A stretch of DNA of 64,000 bases from Mobula hypostoma (Eukaryota), in contig NC_086107.1 in assembly GCF_963921235.1 (NCBI RefSeq), forward strand, positions 105,402,001 through 105,466,000. The letters are read 5' to 3'. The translations under genes and the position numbers were made by a program. Shown here piece after piece: positions 27,245-40,496 of this stretch. Every line of letters begins with the position of its first letter. The stretch's first letter is position 1. The notes under the pieces are model-generated. The model was given only the letters and a program-made list of their open reading frames with translations. It ran no database searches and was not told the origin of the DNA.

Positions 27245-30200
27245 ACCATAAGATATAGGAGCAGAAATAGGCCATTTGGCCCGTCGAGACTGTTCTGCCA
27301 TTTCATCACTGCTGATCCATTTTCCGCCTCAACCCCATTTTGACATATTCAAAGATTCCACATAGACCCTCCATTTTTCAAACATCCATGTGCCTATCTA
27401 AAAGTCTCTTAAATGTCTCTAATCTGCCTCTACCAGCACCTCATCAGTGTTCGATGCACTTACCACTCTGTGTAAAAAATCTACTTCTGACATTCTCTCT
27501 ATAAATTCCTCTAGTCATCTTTAAGTTATTCCCTGTTGTATTACCCATTGCCGCCCTTGGAAAAAGGTGCTAGCTGCCCACTCTATCTATGCCTCTTATC
27601 ATCTTATATACCTCTGTCAAATCATCTCTCATTGCACTTCGCTACAAAGATAAAAGCCCTAGCTCGCTCAACCTCTCCTCACAAAACATGCTCTCTAATC
27701 CAGGCAGCATCATCCTGGTAAACCTCCTCTGCACCCTCCTTAAGGCCCCCACATCCTTCCCATAATGAGGTGACCAGAACTGAACACAATATTTGAAGTG
27801 TGGTCTAACCAGGGTTTTATCAAGCTGCAACGTTACCTTGTGGCTCGAGCTCAATCCCCGCACTTAATAAAGACCAACACACTTACATGGGGTTCTGGAC
27901 TTCCGTGGCAACCTCGAGGAACCTATGGCCGTAGACCCCAAGATCCCTTTGTTCCTCCATACTGCCATTGATCTTGTACTGTCCCTTCAAGTTCGACCTT
28001 CCAAAGTGAATCACACATTAATGGACTGAACTCCATCTGCCACTCCTCAGCCCAGATTTGCAGCTTTTCAATGTCCGGCTGTAACCTTCAACAAACTTCC
28101 ACACTGTCCGCAACACAACCAACTTTTGTGTCATCTGCAGACCTACTAACCCACCCTTCTACTTCCTATCTAAGTCATTATAAAAATCACAAAGACCAGG
28201 AGTTCCAGAGCAGATCCCTGTGGAACTCTCCTAGTCATGGACTTCCAGGCAGAATACATTCCATCTACTATCACCATCTATCTTCTGTGGACAAGCCAAT
28301 CCTGAATCCATGCAGCCAAGTGTCCTAGGATCCCATGCCACCTGACTTTCTGAATGAGCCTACCATGAGGAAACTTATGAATGCCTTACTAAAATCCATA
28401 TACACCACATCCACTGCTCTACCTTCATCAATTTGTTTTGCTACATCCTTGAAAAGTTCTCTCAGGCCCGTGAGGCATGACCTATCCCTCACAAAGCCAT
28501 GCTGACTGTCCCTAATCGGAATACATTTCTCCACATTCTTGTAAACCCAGTCTCTAAGAATCCTTTCCAACAGTTGTCCACCACTGATGTAAGACTTATT
28601 GGTCTATAATTCCCAGGATGATCTAAAGAAGAGTCAATGAATATTAGGGAAGCTGAAGTCCCCCATTTCAACAATCTTGTCTCTTTCCTCATTTCCTGTA
28701 GTAACTTAGGGTATATTCCATTCAGTCCTGGGAACTTATTTATCCAAATGTTTTTTAAAAGTTTCAGCACATCCTATTTCTTAACGTTGACATGTTCCGG
28801 CACATCATCGTGTTTTATGCTGACCTTACATTCATCAATGTCCTCTCAGTGGCGAATACTGGTGACTAGCCTCCCCTACTCCCTCCAACTCCAGTCCCAG
28901 ATTTCCTCTTTCATCCTTGGTCAGTCCTTCCCTCACTCTAGTCATCCTCCTGTTCTTCATGTATGTGTACAACACCTTGAGGGTTTTCTTTAATCTTACT
29001 TACCAATGTCTCCTCATGTCCCCTTCTAGCTCTCCTAAGTCCATACTTAAGCTCCTTTCTGGCTACTTTATAACTCTCAAGTCCCATCTCATCCTTGCTT
29101 CCTAAACCTTAACCTTCCTTCTTCCTCTTGACTAAATGTTCCTCTTCTCTTGTCATCCACAGTTCCTTCACCCTACCATCCTTTCCCATGCCAATAGGAC
29201 AAATCTATCTAGAAGCCATTCAAGTGGTCCCTAAACAACCTGGAAATTTCTGTTATGCATTTCCCTGAGAACATCTGTTCCCAATTTATGCTCCCGAGTT
29301 CCTGCCTAATAGCATCATAATTCACCTTCCTACAATTAAATACCTTCCCAAATGTCTGCACCTACCCCTGTCCACGGCTATGCTACAGTTCAAGGTGTTG
29401 TGGTCTCTTTCTCCAAAATGCTCACCTACCGAGAGATCCGATACCTGACCATATTCATTGCCCTACACCAGATCCTGCATGGCCGCTTCTATAGTTGGCA
29501 TGTCCAGTATTGTGGCTGAAATCCTTCCTTACACTCTGAACAATTTCTGCCCCATCTAAAGAAATGTCAATCAATATTAGGGAAGTGTTTCAACAACCCT
29601 GTTAATTTTGCACCTTTCCAAAATCTTCTTCCCGATCTGTTCCTTGGTGTCTTTGTTTCTATTGGGGAGTCTATAGCATACTCCTAGCAAAGTGATTGCT
29701 CCCTTCCTGTTTTTGTCTTCCACTCACACTGACTCAATCCTCCCTTTCTGCAGCTGTGATACTGTCCCTGATCAGCAATGCCATTCTCCTGTCTCTTTTA
29801 CCTCCCTCCCTGTCGCCTTTGAAACTTCCAAACCTCGGAAGTTCCAACATCCATTCCTGCCCCTCCAGGACAGCCAAGTCTCTAATGGCTACAAAATCGT
29901 AGCTTCAAGTACTGATCCATGCTCTAAGTTTATTGCCTTTGTTGCTGATACTTCTCACGTTAATCTATACACATTTCAACCCATCCAACTGACTGCACTT
30001 ACGCTTTTTCCACTGCCTTTCCCTCTTCACATGTGTCTCTCTACACATTGCATCTATCTTTATACCAACTGCTTCATCATCTGACTTATCACTCTGCTTC
30101 CCACCTGCCTAGCAACCTAGCTTAAGCACCCCCCTGACAGTTCTAGCAAACCTGCCTGCAAGGACATTGCTCACTCTTGGCGTCATGTGTAACCCGTCCC

Positions 30201-30700
30201 GTTGTACAGGTCACACCTTCCCCAGAAGAGATCTCAATGATCCACAAATCTGAAACTTACGCCCTGCACCAAGTCTTCAGTCGTGCATTCATCTGCCAAA
30301 TCATCCTCTTCTTACTCTCATGGGCAGCAATCTAGAGATGACTACTTTTGTGGTACTGCTTTCTGGTTGCCTGCCTAGCTCCCTATATTCACCCTTTTGG
30401 ACCTCATTCCTTTTCCTACCTACAGTATGTTGTTGGTACCAATATGTGCCATGACTTCTGTCTGCTCTCCTTCCCCCTTAAAAATGCTGAGGACCTGATC
30501 TGTGACTTTTCTGACCCCTGCACCTGGGAGGCAACATACCTTCCAGAGTCTCTTTCATGCCCACAGAATCTTCTGTCTCTTCTCCTAACTATTGCATTCC
30601 TCATCCCCAATCTCCTCTTCTCCCCCCGCCCCCCACTTCCCTTCTGAGCCACAGAATCAGGCTCAGTGCCACAGACCTGTTTGCTGTGGCTTTCCACTAG
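27245..30700 (-). mobile_element. Degraded long CR1 LINE (ORF1 esterase to ORF2 3' end)
   Basis: Minus-strand fragments IVRRRDRRFCG (ORF1), NYRPISLTSVV, SQHGFVRDRSCLT..DFSKAF and LVRPHFKYCVQFWSPH; many frameshifts. Confidence 0.85.
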
Positions 30701-30779
30701 TAGGTCATTCCTCCAACAGTATTAATGAAGGGGAAGGTATATTTATATATTTACATACTCAAACACACACACACACACA

Positions 30780-31510
30780 CAGTGGATTCCGGTTCATTGG
30801 GACACGTTGGGGCCAGTATATTTTGGCCCAATTAAGTGGCTGCCCAGATTAGCTGAAGTTCCATGGAAATAGTTATAAAGGTATAAAAATAGACAAACCA
30901 CCATTTAGCTGAGTCACAAATTATGTATTAGTTCCTAATAGAGATTGATGGTATGCTAATATTTATCGATGATGTTCTTTTGATTGACTGCAAACAAACA
31001 AGGTCAGTGCAGACATGCTTTAGATGACGGCATTCTCCAAATCTTCACTTTCACCGTCACATTCAAGATGATTTTTGATGCCCTCAAATTCTTCATAGTT
31101 CCTAACTTGTTGAAGTAGTAAAATTGTTTCATTTTCACTCCCAGCCATGTCCGGGATCTTCAGGCCTCAATGCTTGAAACTGCAGGGAGCAAAACAGTTC
31201 TGAGTTGTCTTACTGCTTATTTCTCGCCAACTATCAGTGAGAAAAATCACTGCTTTTTGAACACAAACACACGCAACTGATGCTATTTACAAACTGTTCA
31301 CTTTAAGCATGGTGTCGAGTCTAACGGCTATAGAAGTGCATATAGCTGGTGCTTATTAGAAACTGTTTAGCAACAGGTTCCTGTTCCAATTAAGCAACAT
31401 AGTGTCCCAAACAAACAAAGGAAATCTCGGCTATTTTCTTGATTTTTTTTCTTTAAGAGTTATTCTAAATAAGTGACTGCCTCAATGAAATGATGGCCAA
31501 ATTAATCAAA
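30780..31510. mobile_element. pogo/Tigger-like DNA transposon remnant
   Basis: Begins CAGTGGATTCCGGTTCATTGGGACAC; the reverse complement of this end also occurs at ~16600-16626 followed by TA. Confidence 0.5.
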
Positions 31511-31608
31511 ATCCAATATATATATACGCACACACATATACATATATACTATGTCTGTGTGAGTGTGTACGTGGAGTGTATGTGTATATATGTATGTGCG
31601 TGTGTGTA

Positions 31609-32655
31609 GTACTGTGCAAAAGTCTTAAGCACATATAAAAAACCTGTAAAGTGAAGATGCTTTCAAAATAATGAAATGAAAGGTTTATAAACATTAAAAA
31701 ACGGCGGGAGGAGAGAGAGCAGCGCACTGCGCGTGCGCAGCCCTCCGGTGAAAAATGATATCGTATCCGTTAAATAGGGGCCGTGGACAAATCTGATTTG
31801 ATGGAGACAGACATGAAAGCACAGAGGAACATCTGGAGAAATCTCTGAAACGCCAGTTCGTTGCTGTCGTTACTGCGCGATCGGGAATCTTTCGGAGGGA
31901 AGGTCTCAAAATCCCTGGCTTTGCCTGCTGGTGGCGACCGAGGCTGAGGTCGAATCGTTCGGACAGAGATGGCGCTCAGTACTCGGTGTCAGAGAGCTGA
32001 TCAGAGCTCGAAGTTTTCGGACGACTCAGAGTCGGACCGTGATCAGGTTTGGCAGGGGGAGTTTTTCTTCCTTCTCCCGTCTGCGTGAGATGTGGGACAT
32101 TTGAGAGACTTTGAACTTTTTACTGTGCTCATGGATTTTCTTCATCAAGTTGTGGTATTGTTGCACTGTTGTAACTATACGTTATAATTATGTGGTTTTG
32201 TCAGTTTTTTCAGTCTTGGTCTGTCCTGTGTTTTGTGATATCACACCAGAGGAAATATTGTATCATTTCTTAATGCATGCATTACTAAATGACAATAAAA
32301 GAGGACTGCGTGTCTTCATAATCTTAAAAAAAAAGTACTATACAAAGATCAATAAGCAGTAAAGAAAAAAGGAAATCAAATCAATACTTGGTGTGATCAC
32401 CCTTTGCCTTTAAAGCTGCATGATTTTTTTAAGGAACACTGTCGTGCAGTTTAATATGAAAATCAACTGGTAGGTTGTTCCAAGCATCCTGGAGAACTTG
32501 CCACAGTTCCTCTATAGACTTTGGCTGTCGCACTTGCTTCTGTTTCTCCAGGTAATCCCAGACAGTCTCAGCGATGTTGAGATCGGGGCTCTGTGGAGGC
32601 CATACTATCTGAAACCATATAAAAACTCTAGCGTGCCTAAGACGTTTGCACAGTA
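31609..32655. mobile_element. Second Tc1-like non-autonomous element, carrying an inserted retroposon
   Basis: TIRs GTACTGTGCAAAAGTCTTAAGCAC and GTGCCTAAGACGTTTGCACAGTAC. Confidence 0.75.
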
Positions 32656-32742
32656 CTCTATATATAGAGAGGGTCGAGCCAGTGTTTTACTCTGATCTTC
32701 CCAGCACTGAGGCTGTGTCAGGCTCCAGCTGCTTTGGGCTTA

Positions 32743-33195
32743 AGGTTGATCTATACTTCTGCGTCAACTCGACGCCGTAGGTATGGCGTAGCCACGAACC
32801 CAACGCAGAGCCTACGCGGATCCCTACGCCGTAGCCTGATGCGCACCTCTCCCAAAACGCAACTATGCGTCGCGGCAACGCAGACCACAACAACTGTGAT
32901 TGGTCCGCTTGGTAGCATCGCATTTCCTCCTACGCTGCAATAGCTTCCCATTGGGCGACTGAAGGGCAAGGAACGAACTCTGGCTGCAATGCTTTCCATA
33001 AAGCTTTACAGACCTCCGAAATTATGGGGGACACATTTCGCTTTTATGAAAAAAGGCCCTCGCTTTAAACTTGTTTACCCCAAGAAAGACTACCCTGGCC
33101 ATGAAGCCTTGCGCGGGCAGGCGTGTGCGCATGCGTGACGTGCGCGAATTGCAGAGCGACGCAGACACACCAACGCGCAAGTATAAAATCAGCCT
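32743..33195 (-). mobile_element. PIF/Harbinger-superfamily element, shorter deletion derivative in the opposite orientation
   Basis: Same TIRs; 32751-33030 is the reverse complement of ~63210-63455. Confidence 0.8.
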
Positions 33196-33589
33196 TAGTG
33201 TCGTGGCAATTTGCGTGATGATGACCTAATTAGGTGGGAGGGAGGCACGAAGGCGTAGCGGATAGCGTAATGCTTTATAGCACTAGCAGTTAGGGTTCAA
33301 TTTCCAGGAGCTTGTATATTCTCCCTGTGACTGCATGGGCTTCCTCCGGTTTCTTCCCAGGTTGCAAAGACGCACAGATTGTCAGTTCTGGGCATGCCAC
33401 GTTGGTGCTGGAAGCACGGCAACTCTTGCGGGCTGCCTGCAGCGCATCTTTGGACTGCGTTGGTCATCGATGCAAACTGACGCACTTCACTGTGTGCTCC
33501 GATGTTTTGATGTACATGTGACAAGTAATCTCCAATCTTGTTAAGGTCAGGCAGCATCTGTGGGAACAAAGCTGACATGTTCGGGTCTG

Positions 33590-34255
33590 ACAGCAGACAC
33601 AAAATGCTGGTGAACGCAGCAGGCCAGGCAGCATCTTATAGGAAGAGGTACAGTCGACGTTTCGGGCCGAGGCCCTTCGTCAGAACTAACTGAAGGAAGA
33701 GTGAGTAAGAGATTTGAAAGTGGGAGGGGGAGGGGGAGATCCAAAATGATAGGAGAAGACAGGAGGGGGAGGGATGGAGCCAAGAGCTGGACAGGTGATT
33801 GGCAAAAGGGATATGAGAGGATCATGGGACAGGAGGCCCAGGGAGAAAGAAAGGGGGAAGCCCAAAGGATAGGCAAGGAGTATAGTGAGAGGGACAGAGG
33901 GAGAAAAAGGAGAGAGAGAGAAAAAAAGTTAATAATAATAATAAGTAAATAAATAAGGGATGGGGTACGAAGGGGAGGTGGGGCATTAACAGAAGTTAGA
34001 GAAGTCAATGTTCATGCCATCAGGTTGGAGGCTACCCAGACGGAATATAGGGTGTTGTTCCTCCAACCTGAGTGTGGCTTCATCTTTACAGTAGAGGAGG
34101 CCGTGGATAGACATATCAGAATGGGAATGGGACATGGAATTAAAATGTGTGGCCACTGGGAGATCCTGCTTTCTTTGGCGGACGGAGCGTAGGTGTTCAG
34201 CGAAACGGTCTCCCAGCCTGCGTCGGGTCTCACCAATATATAGAAGGCCGGGCTG
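33590..34255 (-). mobile_element. Penelope-like element 3' end (GIY-YIG and pLTR with hammerhead motif)
   Basis: LLYIGETRRRLGDRFAEHLRSV..PVATHFN..RLEEQHPIFRLGSLQPDGMNIDFSNF. Related ends at ~4915-5365 (+), ~34430-35390 (inverted pair), ~50165-50590 (+), ~52615-53300 (-) and ~54055-54510 (-). Confidence 0.88.
33651..33688 (-). ncRNA. Minimal type I hammerhead ribozyme motif (Penelope pLTR)
   Basis: Minus strand reads TAGTT-CTGACGA-A-GGGCC TC GGCCC-GAAAC-GTC-GACTG: intact CUGANGA and GAAA cores, 5-bp stem II, palindromic ACGT stem III, GUC cleavage triplet, and stem I with wobble pairs. Confidence 0.75.
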
Positions 34256-35496
34256 GCATGGATATGGTGGGCTGGAAGGCTTTTTTTGTCCTGCAAGGCC
34301 ATCAAACATTGTTCAAGGTGTTCTCTCACTACCACAAGCCAGAACACTCTAACCTGCCGTAACTTGCCCAGTGAGGTATGACTGGGGTCGTTGGCTGGGG
34401 AGAAAACCTGATGGTTCACTCAGAAATTCCACAGTTGCTGGAAATCCAGAGCAACACACACAAAATGCTTGAAGATCTCAGCAGATCAGGCAAGCGCTAT
34501 GGAGGGGAATTAATAGTTGATGTTTCAGGCTGACGCCCTTCATCAGCCAGGGGGCAGAAGACAGAATTAGTAGGTGGGGAGGGGGAGGAGTACAGGCTGG
34601 TAGGTGATAGGTGAGACCAGGTGAGGGGGAAGGTGAGTCGGTGGGGGCAGGGAGGCTGAAGTAAGAAGCTGGGAGCAGATGGGTGGAAGAGGTAAATGGC
34701 TGATGAAGAAGAAGAAGAAGAAGAAGAAGGAGAGATGGGGAGAAATTGGGAGTGCCCACGCTGATTGCATGAACATTAATTTTTGGGCAACCTCCAACTT
34801 GAAAGCATGAGCACTGATTTCTCCAACTTCTGGTAATTTCTCCCCCCTCCATCCTTTCTTTTTCAATTCCCTACTCTGGTTATCCTCTCACCTGTTCTCT
34901 TCTCCTTAATTGTCCTTCAACTTCCTCTGTTTCCCTCCTCCTTCCCTTTCTTCCATGGTCCGCTGTCCTTTCCTATCAGACTCCTCCTTCTTCAGCCCTT
35001 CCCCTCTTCCACCAATCACCTCCCAGCTTCTTACTTCTGACCTTTTACCTCTTCTCACCTGCCTATCACTTCCCCTGGGTCCTCTCCTCCTTCTGCATTT
35101 CTCCCATAATCCACTCTCTTCTCCTATCAGATTCATTCTTCTCCAGCCCTTGACCTTGCCCACCCACCTGGCTTCACCCATCATCTTCCAGCTATCCTCC
35201 TTCCCCACCCCCCCTCCACCAGCTTTTTATCCTGGCATCTTCCCCCCCCCCTTCCTTCTCACTTCTGAAGAAGGGTCTCAGCCAGAAACGTCGACTGTTT
35301 ATTCATTTCCATAGACGCTGCCTGACCTGCTGAGTTCCTCCGGCATTTTGTGTGTATTGCTCTGGATTTCCAGTACCTGCACACTTCCTTGTGTTTGCCG
35401 TGATTGCGTGGGCTCCTTCCAGGTGCCCCGCTTTCCTCCCACATCCCAAAGACCCTGCAGGTTGGTAGTTATTAACTCGTCAATTAATAACTCATC

Positions 35497-35814
35497 AGGG
35501 GTGATTGATAAGTTCGTGGCCTAAGGTAGACGGAGATGAGTTATTAACTTCAAACTTTCTGCATAATCACTCAAAGAGTTGAACTACACGTCCATGTAAC
35601 GAGAGCTGTATAACTCATCTCCTTCTACCTTAGGCCACGAACTTATCAATCACCCATCTGTGGACACTTTCTGGAGGTCCAAGATCTGTATGCTCATGAC
35701 CACCGGACTAAGGGTGTAAATGTAGGAGGAGACTATGCTGAAAAATAAATGTGCTAGGTTTTCCAAAATTGACTCCTTCGACCTTAGGCCACGAACTTAT
35801 CAATCACCCCATCG
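35497..35814 (+). mobile_element. Mariner-derived MITE with three TIR copies
   Basis: TIR AGGGGTGATTGATAAGTTCGTGGCCTAAGGT; inverted copies end at ~35655 and ~35810; mariner transposase C-terminal remnant (..TKGVNVGGDYAEK*). Confidence 0.8.
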
Positions 35815-35819
35815 TACAT

Positions 35820-37380
35820 TCTAGGATGTGCTGGGACACATCATCAGTGACGTCACCTGGGGTCATCGGGTGTTTCGGGTCTTTCAATGTCAGACACTCT
35901 CGACCAGGTGACCCAGCCAGGGTTCATCAGGTCCCAGCTTGTGTCCCAGCAGCATTGGTCCATGGGTCACACCTCTTGATCCATAGGCATCTGGTGGGTC
36001 GGTCAGCAGGCTCTGTGATGGTCCTGATAGCTCTTTTCTTTGCAGCCCCCGTAATGCCAAGGCACGTGGCCAAGTGGCTATGGTGTTGGTCTAGTGATCT
36101 GAAGGTCGCTAGTTTGAGTCTTAGCTGAGGCAGCATGTTGTACCCTTGAGCAAGGCACTTAAGCACACATTGCTCTGCGACGACACCGGTGCCAAGCTGT
36201 ATCAGCCTAGGCCCTTCCCTTGGACAACATCGGTGGCGTGGATAGGGAAGACTTGCAGCTATGGTCTTCCATACAACCTTGCCCAGGCCTCAGTCAACAT
36301 CAAAAATGATGGACAGACGAAGAAGAAGAAGAATGCCAAGGAGACAGTAGGTTCTGGACAGTGAGTAGCCAGCAAAACCTTTACACCCCACCTCTGTAGG
36401 CTTGCATCGTGCCCTCCACCCCTGCCTCTGAGACTGCTCTACCAGCTCCTGGTATTTGGCTTCCTTATATTCAAACACCTCCTCAATCCAGTCTTCCCAA
36501 GAAACTGTCAGTTCCGCCATGACCACCTGCTCAAAGTTCAAAGTATATTTACTATCAAAGTATGTATACATTACACAACCTTGAGATTCGTCTCCTAACC
36601 AGTAGCCACAGAAGCAAAGAAACACAAAAGAACCCACAAAAAGAGAATAACAGTTGAGCACCCAATGTGCAGAGAAAGAAAAAAAAAGCAAATCATGCAA
36701 ACAGCAATTGCAAGCAAGTAGTGTTTTCTGAACTGAAGTCCACAAAGGGAGTCCGAGACCCTTAGTTCAGCGCAGAAACGAGTAAACATTGTGGAGTGGC
36801 GAGCTGAACCAGCCCATCCCTCGCCTCAGTGCCCTAATACCCTAACCTGATCAATATGGCCCAGCACTTAAATCGACGTCCAAACGGCAGGTTTAATCGC
36901 CTTGATACGTTCTGCGGCCTAGACCCCGCTGCCTCGATTCGGGCTGTACTCAACCCTTCCATTCAGCCCGCTGCTTAAATCTTCATCCAAACATCGGGTC
37001 ACCAGATCTCTGAACGGTCCATGAGCCCATGAACACTACCCCATTACCACCTTGCTGCACCACACACTTAGTTTGTACTTCTGTCAATTTTCCGTCTCTG
37101 TACTGTAAAACAACAAAACCCCAGCACATAAGCATGAGGAAATCTGCAGACGCTGGAAATTCAAGCAACATGCACAAAAAATGCCGGTGGAACGCAGCAG
37201 GCCGGGCAGCATCTATAGGAAGAGGTAGAGGCGGTGTTTCGGGCCAAGACCCAATACACTCCGGACCCCACCGCCTCAATTCGGCGTGTACCCAACCTTT
37301 TCGATTTGGCACAGCGCATTCCTCGCTCTTGGCTTCTGACAAAATGGCCACGTCAGGCCTCACGGCGATGGTGCGATGAA
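35820..37380 (-). mobile_element. Hero/NeSL-like non-LTR element 3' end (restriction-like endonuclease), split by later insertions
   Basis: RPDVAILSE (~37330-37363), ELTVSWEDWIEE..KEAKYQELVE..GWRARCKPTEVGCKGF (~36340-36530) and GITGAAKKRAIR..LWIKR (~35930-36057) match the PD..ELT..K..KY RLE signature. Confidence 0.7.
36058..36332 (+). mobile_element. Second tRNA-derived SINE family
   Basis: GGCACGTGGCCAAGTGG A box, degenerate B box, CCTTGAGCAAGGCACTTAA core and (GAA)n tail; reverse copy at ~15000-15213. Confidence 0.7.
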
Positions 37381-37937
37381 GACAGGCAACTTGGTATAAG
37401 TGATGTGAAATCTTGTTGTTTTGCGGTACAAAGACGTAACATTAAAATAAAATACAACATAAGTGTATGGTGTTAAAAAGGTGTAATGAGGTAGTGTTCA
37501 GAGAGCTGATGACGGACAGGAAGAAGCCACTCCTGAAATGACCCCCTACCCCCTCCTGCCCATTTGTGTTGGAGACTGCAGCTCCCACACTGCCCTCATC
37601 AGCAGCTTCAGAACCCAGTTATCCTCAGTCCCTGAGAGGCAATGTAGGGCGCAGGGGTGGTGCTCCAGCAGTTCAGCCTGCCTGCCTCACCCCTGGCCTC
37701 CCAACCCTTTCTTCGGCCACCCTGAACTCTTTCCCGAACGGGTTCCGTGACTGCAGGTCTCTGGGGCATCCGTGGTGACCTTGCCCTGGGCAACACGTTA
37801 CAGGATCCTGGCAGGGTGTGATTATACGAATTACACACCTGTGTGGCGTTCCCTCCAGCCACGCTGTCAGTAAGCAAGACAGCTGCAGCTGGAATCTCAC
37901 CGCAGCCTTTATCACGTTGACCTTCCGCACTTGTTAA

Positions 37938-38215
37938 ACTCTCTCTCTCTCTTGCGATTTCTCTCCCCCTCACTATCTCTCTCTCTCTCTGTCTTACTCT
38001 CTTTCTGTCTATCTATCTCTCTCCCCCCTCTAATGCTCACTTGATATTGCTTCCTCTCCTCTATTTTCTCTTTCCTTCTTTCCCACTCCCCCTTTCTCTT
38101 GCTCTCTGTCTCTTGATATCTCTTCCTCGTCCTCTATCTCCCCCCTCTCTATTTCACTGTCTTTCTCTCTATCTATCTCTCCTTCTCTCCCTCTCCACTC
38201 TATCTCTCCCTATTT
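37938..38215. repeat. CT-rich low-complexity tract
   Basis: About 280 bp of degenerate (CT)n. Confidence 0.85.
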
Positions 38216-40496
38216 CAGAAACAGCTTCTTTCCCTCTGCCTTCCGATTTCTGAATGGACATTGAACCCATGAACACTACCTCACTTTCTTATTAGTTCTG
38301 TTTTTGCACTCCTATTTTTAAATTTAACTATTTAATGCACATATATATACTTACTGTAACTCATTTATTTTTTTCTATATTTATCATGAATTGTACTGCT
38401 GCCGATGTTAACACGGTTCACGACACATGCCCGTGGTATTAAACCTGATTATGATCGCTTCCCCCTTTCCCTCTCTTTCTGTACCTCCCTCCCTGGCCTT
38501 CAGGTCCACCCACATTAATTTCACTTCCACTGCCGCCCCACCGACATCCTTGCACGCTGTTAGAGCAGCTGCCAGTACCTAGGTTCAAACCCGTCCCTGC
38601 GTTCTGTCTGTGCGGAGTTTGCATGTCCTCCGTGACCACTCAGGAGCTCTAGTTTTTTTCCCCTGCAACTCAGAGACATGCAGCTTGATCGGTTCCTTGC
38701 TGCTGTAAATTGCTCCCTGAAGGGTGGCTTCTGTGAGAGGAGTAGATGGGAACGTGGGGAGAATAAGATATAGGATTAGCGAGGGAGCAAAACGCACAAA
38801 GTGCTGAAGGAACTCAGTAACTTGAGTGGCGTCTATGCAGGAGAATAAAGAGTAGGTTCCTGTCCCGCTGAAGGGCCTTGTCCTGAAATATTGACTGTCT
38901 ATTTCCCTCCATTGATGCTGCCTAAATTGCTGGGATCTTCCAGCACAAAAATGAACTTTATTTGTCACAGGAACACCGAAACATTGAAATGCGTCCTCTG
39001 CGTCACCATTTTTACTTGCCATCTGCTGGGGGCAGCCCGTAAAGTGTCGTCACGCCTCTGGCGCCAACATAGATGCCCACATGTATTTGTTTTTTAAAGT
39101 TACTTGCTCGATTTGTCTTCTTTTTCACATCGGTTGTTTGTCTATCCTTGTTTGTGGAAAGGTAGTTACTGCCTGCTACACTCGCTGGCGTTTAGGGCAG
39201 CAATGAAGGTCCTTCACCTCTGCCTGTCCTTAGCCATCTTCTCTATTGTGGTCCAGGTGTGGTTCGTACTTTCCAAAAAACAATTTTGGTCTTGGTGGTG
39301 CTCAGAGATTCCATCATCGTGTCAGCAGCTTCCTCCCGGTTTTCACAACGGTCGGTCGTGCAAGTCCCGGGTGGAGACTCAGGAATACCGTCACACGTGG
39401 ATACAAGATTCTTCACTGCTGTTTCCGTAACAATTTTTTTTTCGACCAGTCGGGGTTGTTGGCTCTGAGCTGAACTCCCAAACCTGGAGTAACAGTGGAC
39501 CACTCTGAGTCTGGTCTGTCTTTGGCGTGGGTGATCCTACCAAGAGCCAAAACACAAGGCCCTGACTCCAGCCAACACAGCTCTCCGGGTTACTGAGTTC
39601 ACACAAACCTCTAAACCCTACAACGAGGTTGTGGACCTCTTGGAGGTTGTTTATGTATAGTCTTCTCGTAAATTTCATTGTATTTCTTTAGTTTCCTGTA
39701 AACGTCTGCAAGGAAATGAATCTCAGGGTGGTATATTGGTGACAAATAGAGTACAGTACGTACTTTGATAATAAATTTACTTTGACTTTGGCACAACTCA
39801 CTGACCCTAACCGTGCGTCTGTTTTTGGACTGCGGGAGGAAACCGGAGCACCGGGAGGAAACTGATGTGATCAGGAGGGGAACGTACAAATTCAAACCCC
39901 AATCGGTGATCAGGGGCACTGTAAAGCCATTGTGCTAAAACCACTACCCTACTGCGCCGCCACACATCTTGTGTGTGTTGCTCAGGGTTTCCTGTATCTG
40001 CAGAATCTCTTGGGTCTAGCATCAGTGCCAGTGCAGGCTTACTGGTTGGCCCTGACCTGCTGGACTTACGAAGTTCAAAGGTCAAGGTAAAAGGTTCTAA
40101 TTCTCTGCTTGATGACTCTATGGCCAACCAAGCACTTCCTATTCATTGCTAAGTGACTTAACAGAGAGTGGCAGCTGCCTTTGCAGCACTGATACCGAGG
40201 GGAATGCTGATCCTGGGTCCCCCCAGGAACTACACGTTGGAAAAAGCAAAAGTGACTGTTCCCTCACGTTCTGACAACCCCCACACATCCTGACACAAAA
40301 GGCAACTTTCCCACTGACTAAAACCAGGAAACAAAGGAACTGCAGAAGAATATTTTCCTGTTGTCCACTTCAATTCATTCTGTGCTGAAAAGCTTGCACC
40401 AGTCTCAAAGTGGTTGGTTTGTGAAAACTCACTGATTTAAATATTTAGGCTCTGTTCCAGCAATTGATCACTTAACCAAGATTTCCACCACAGTGC

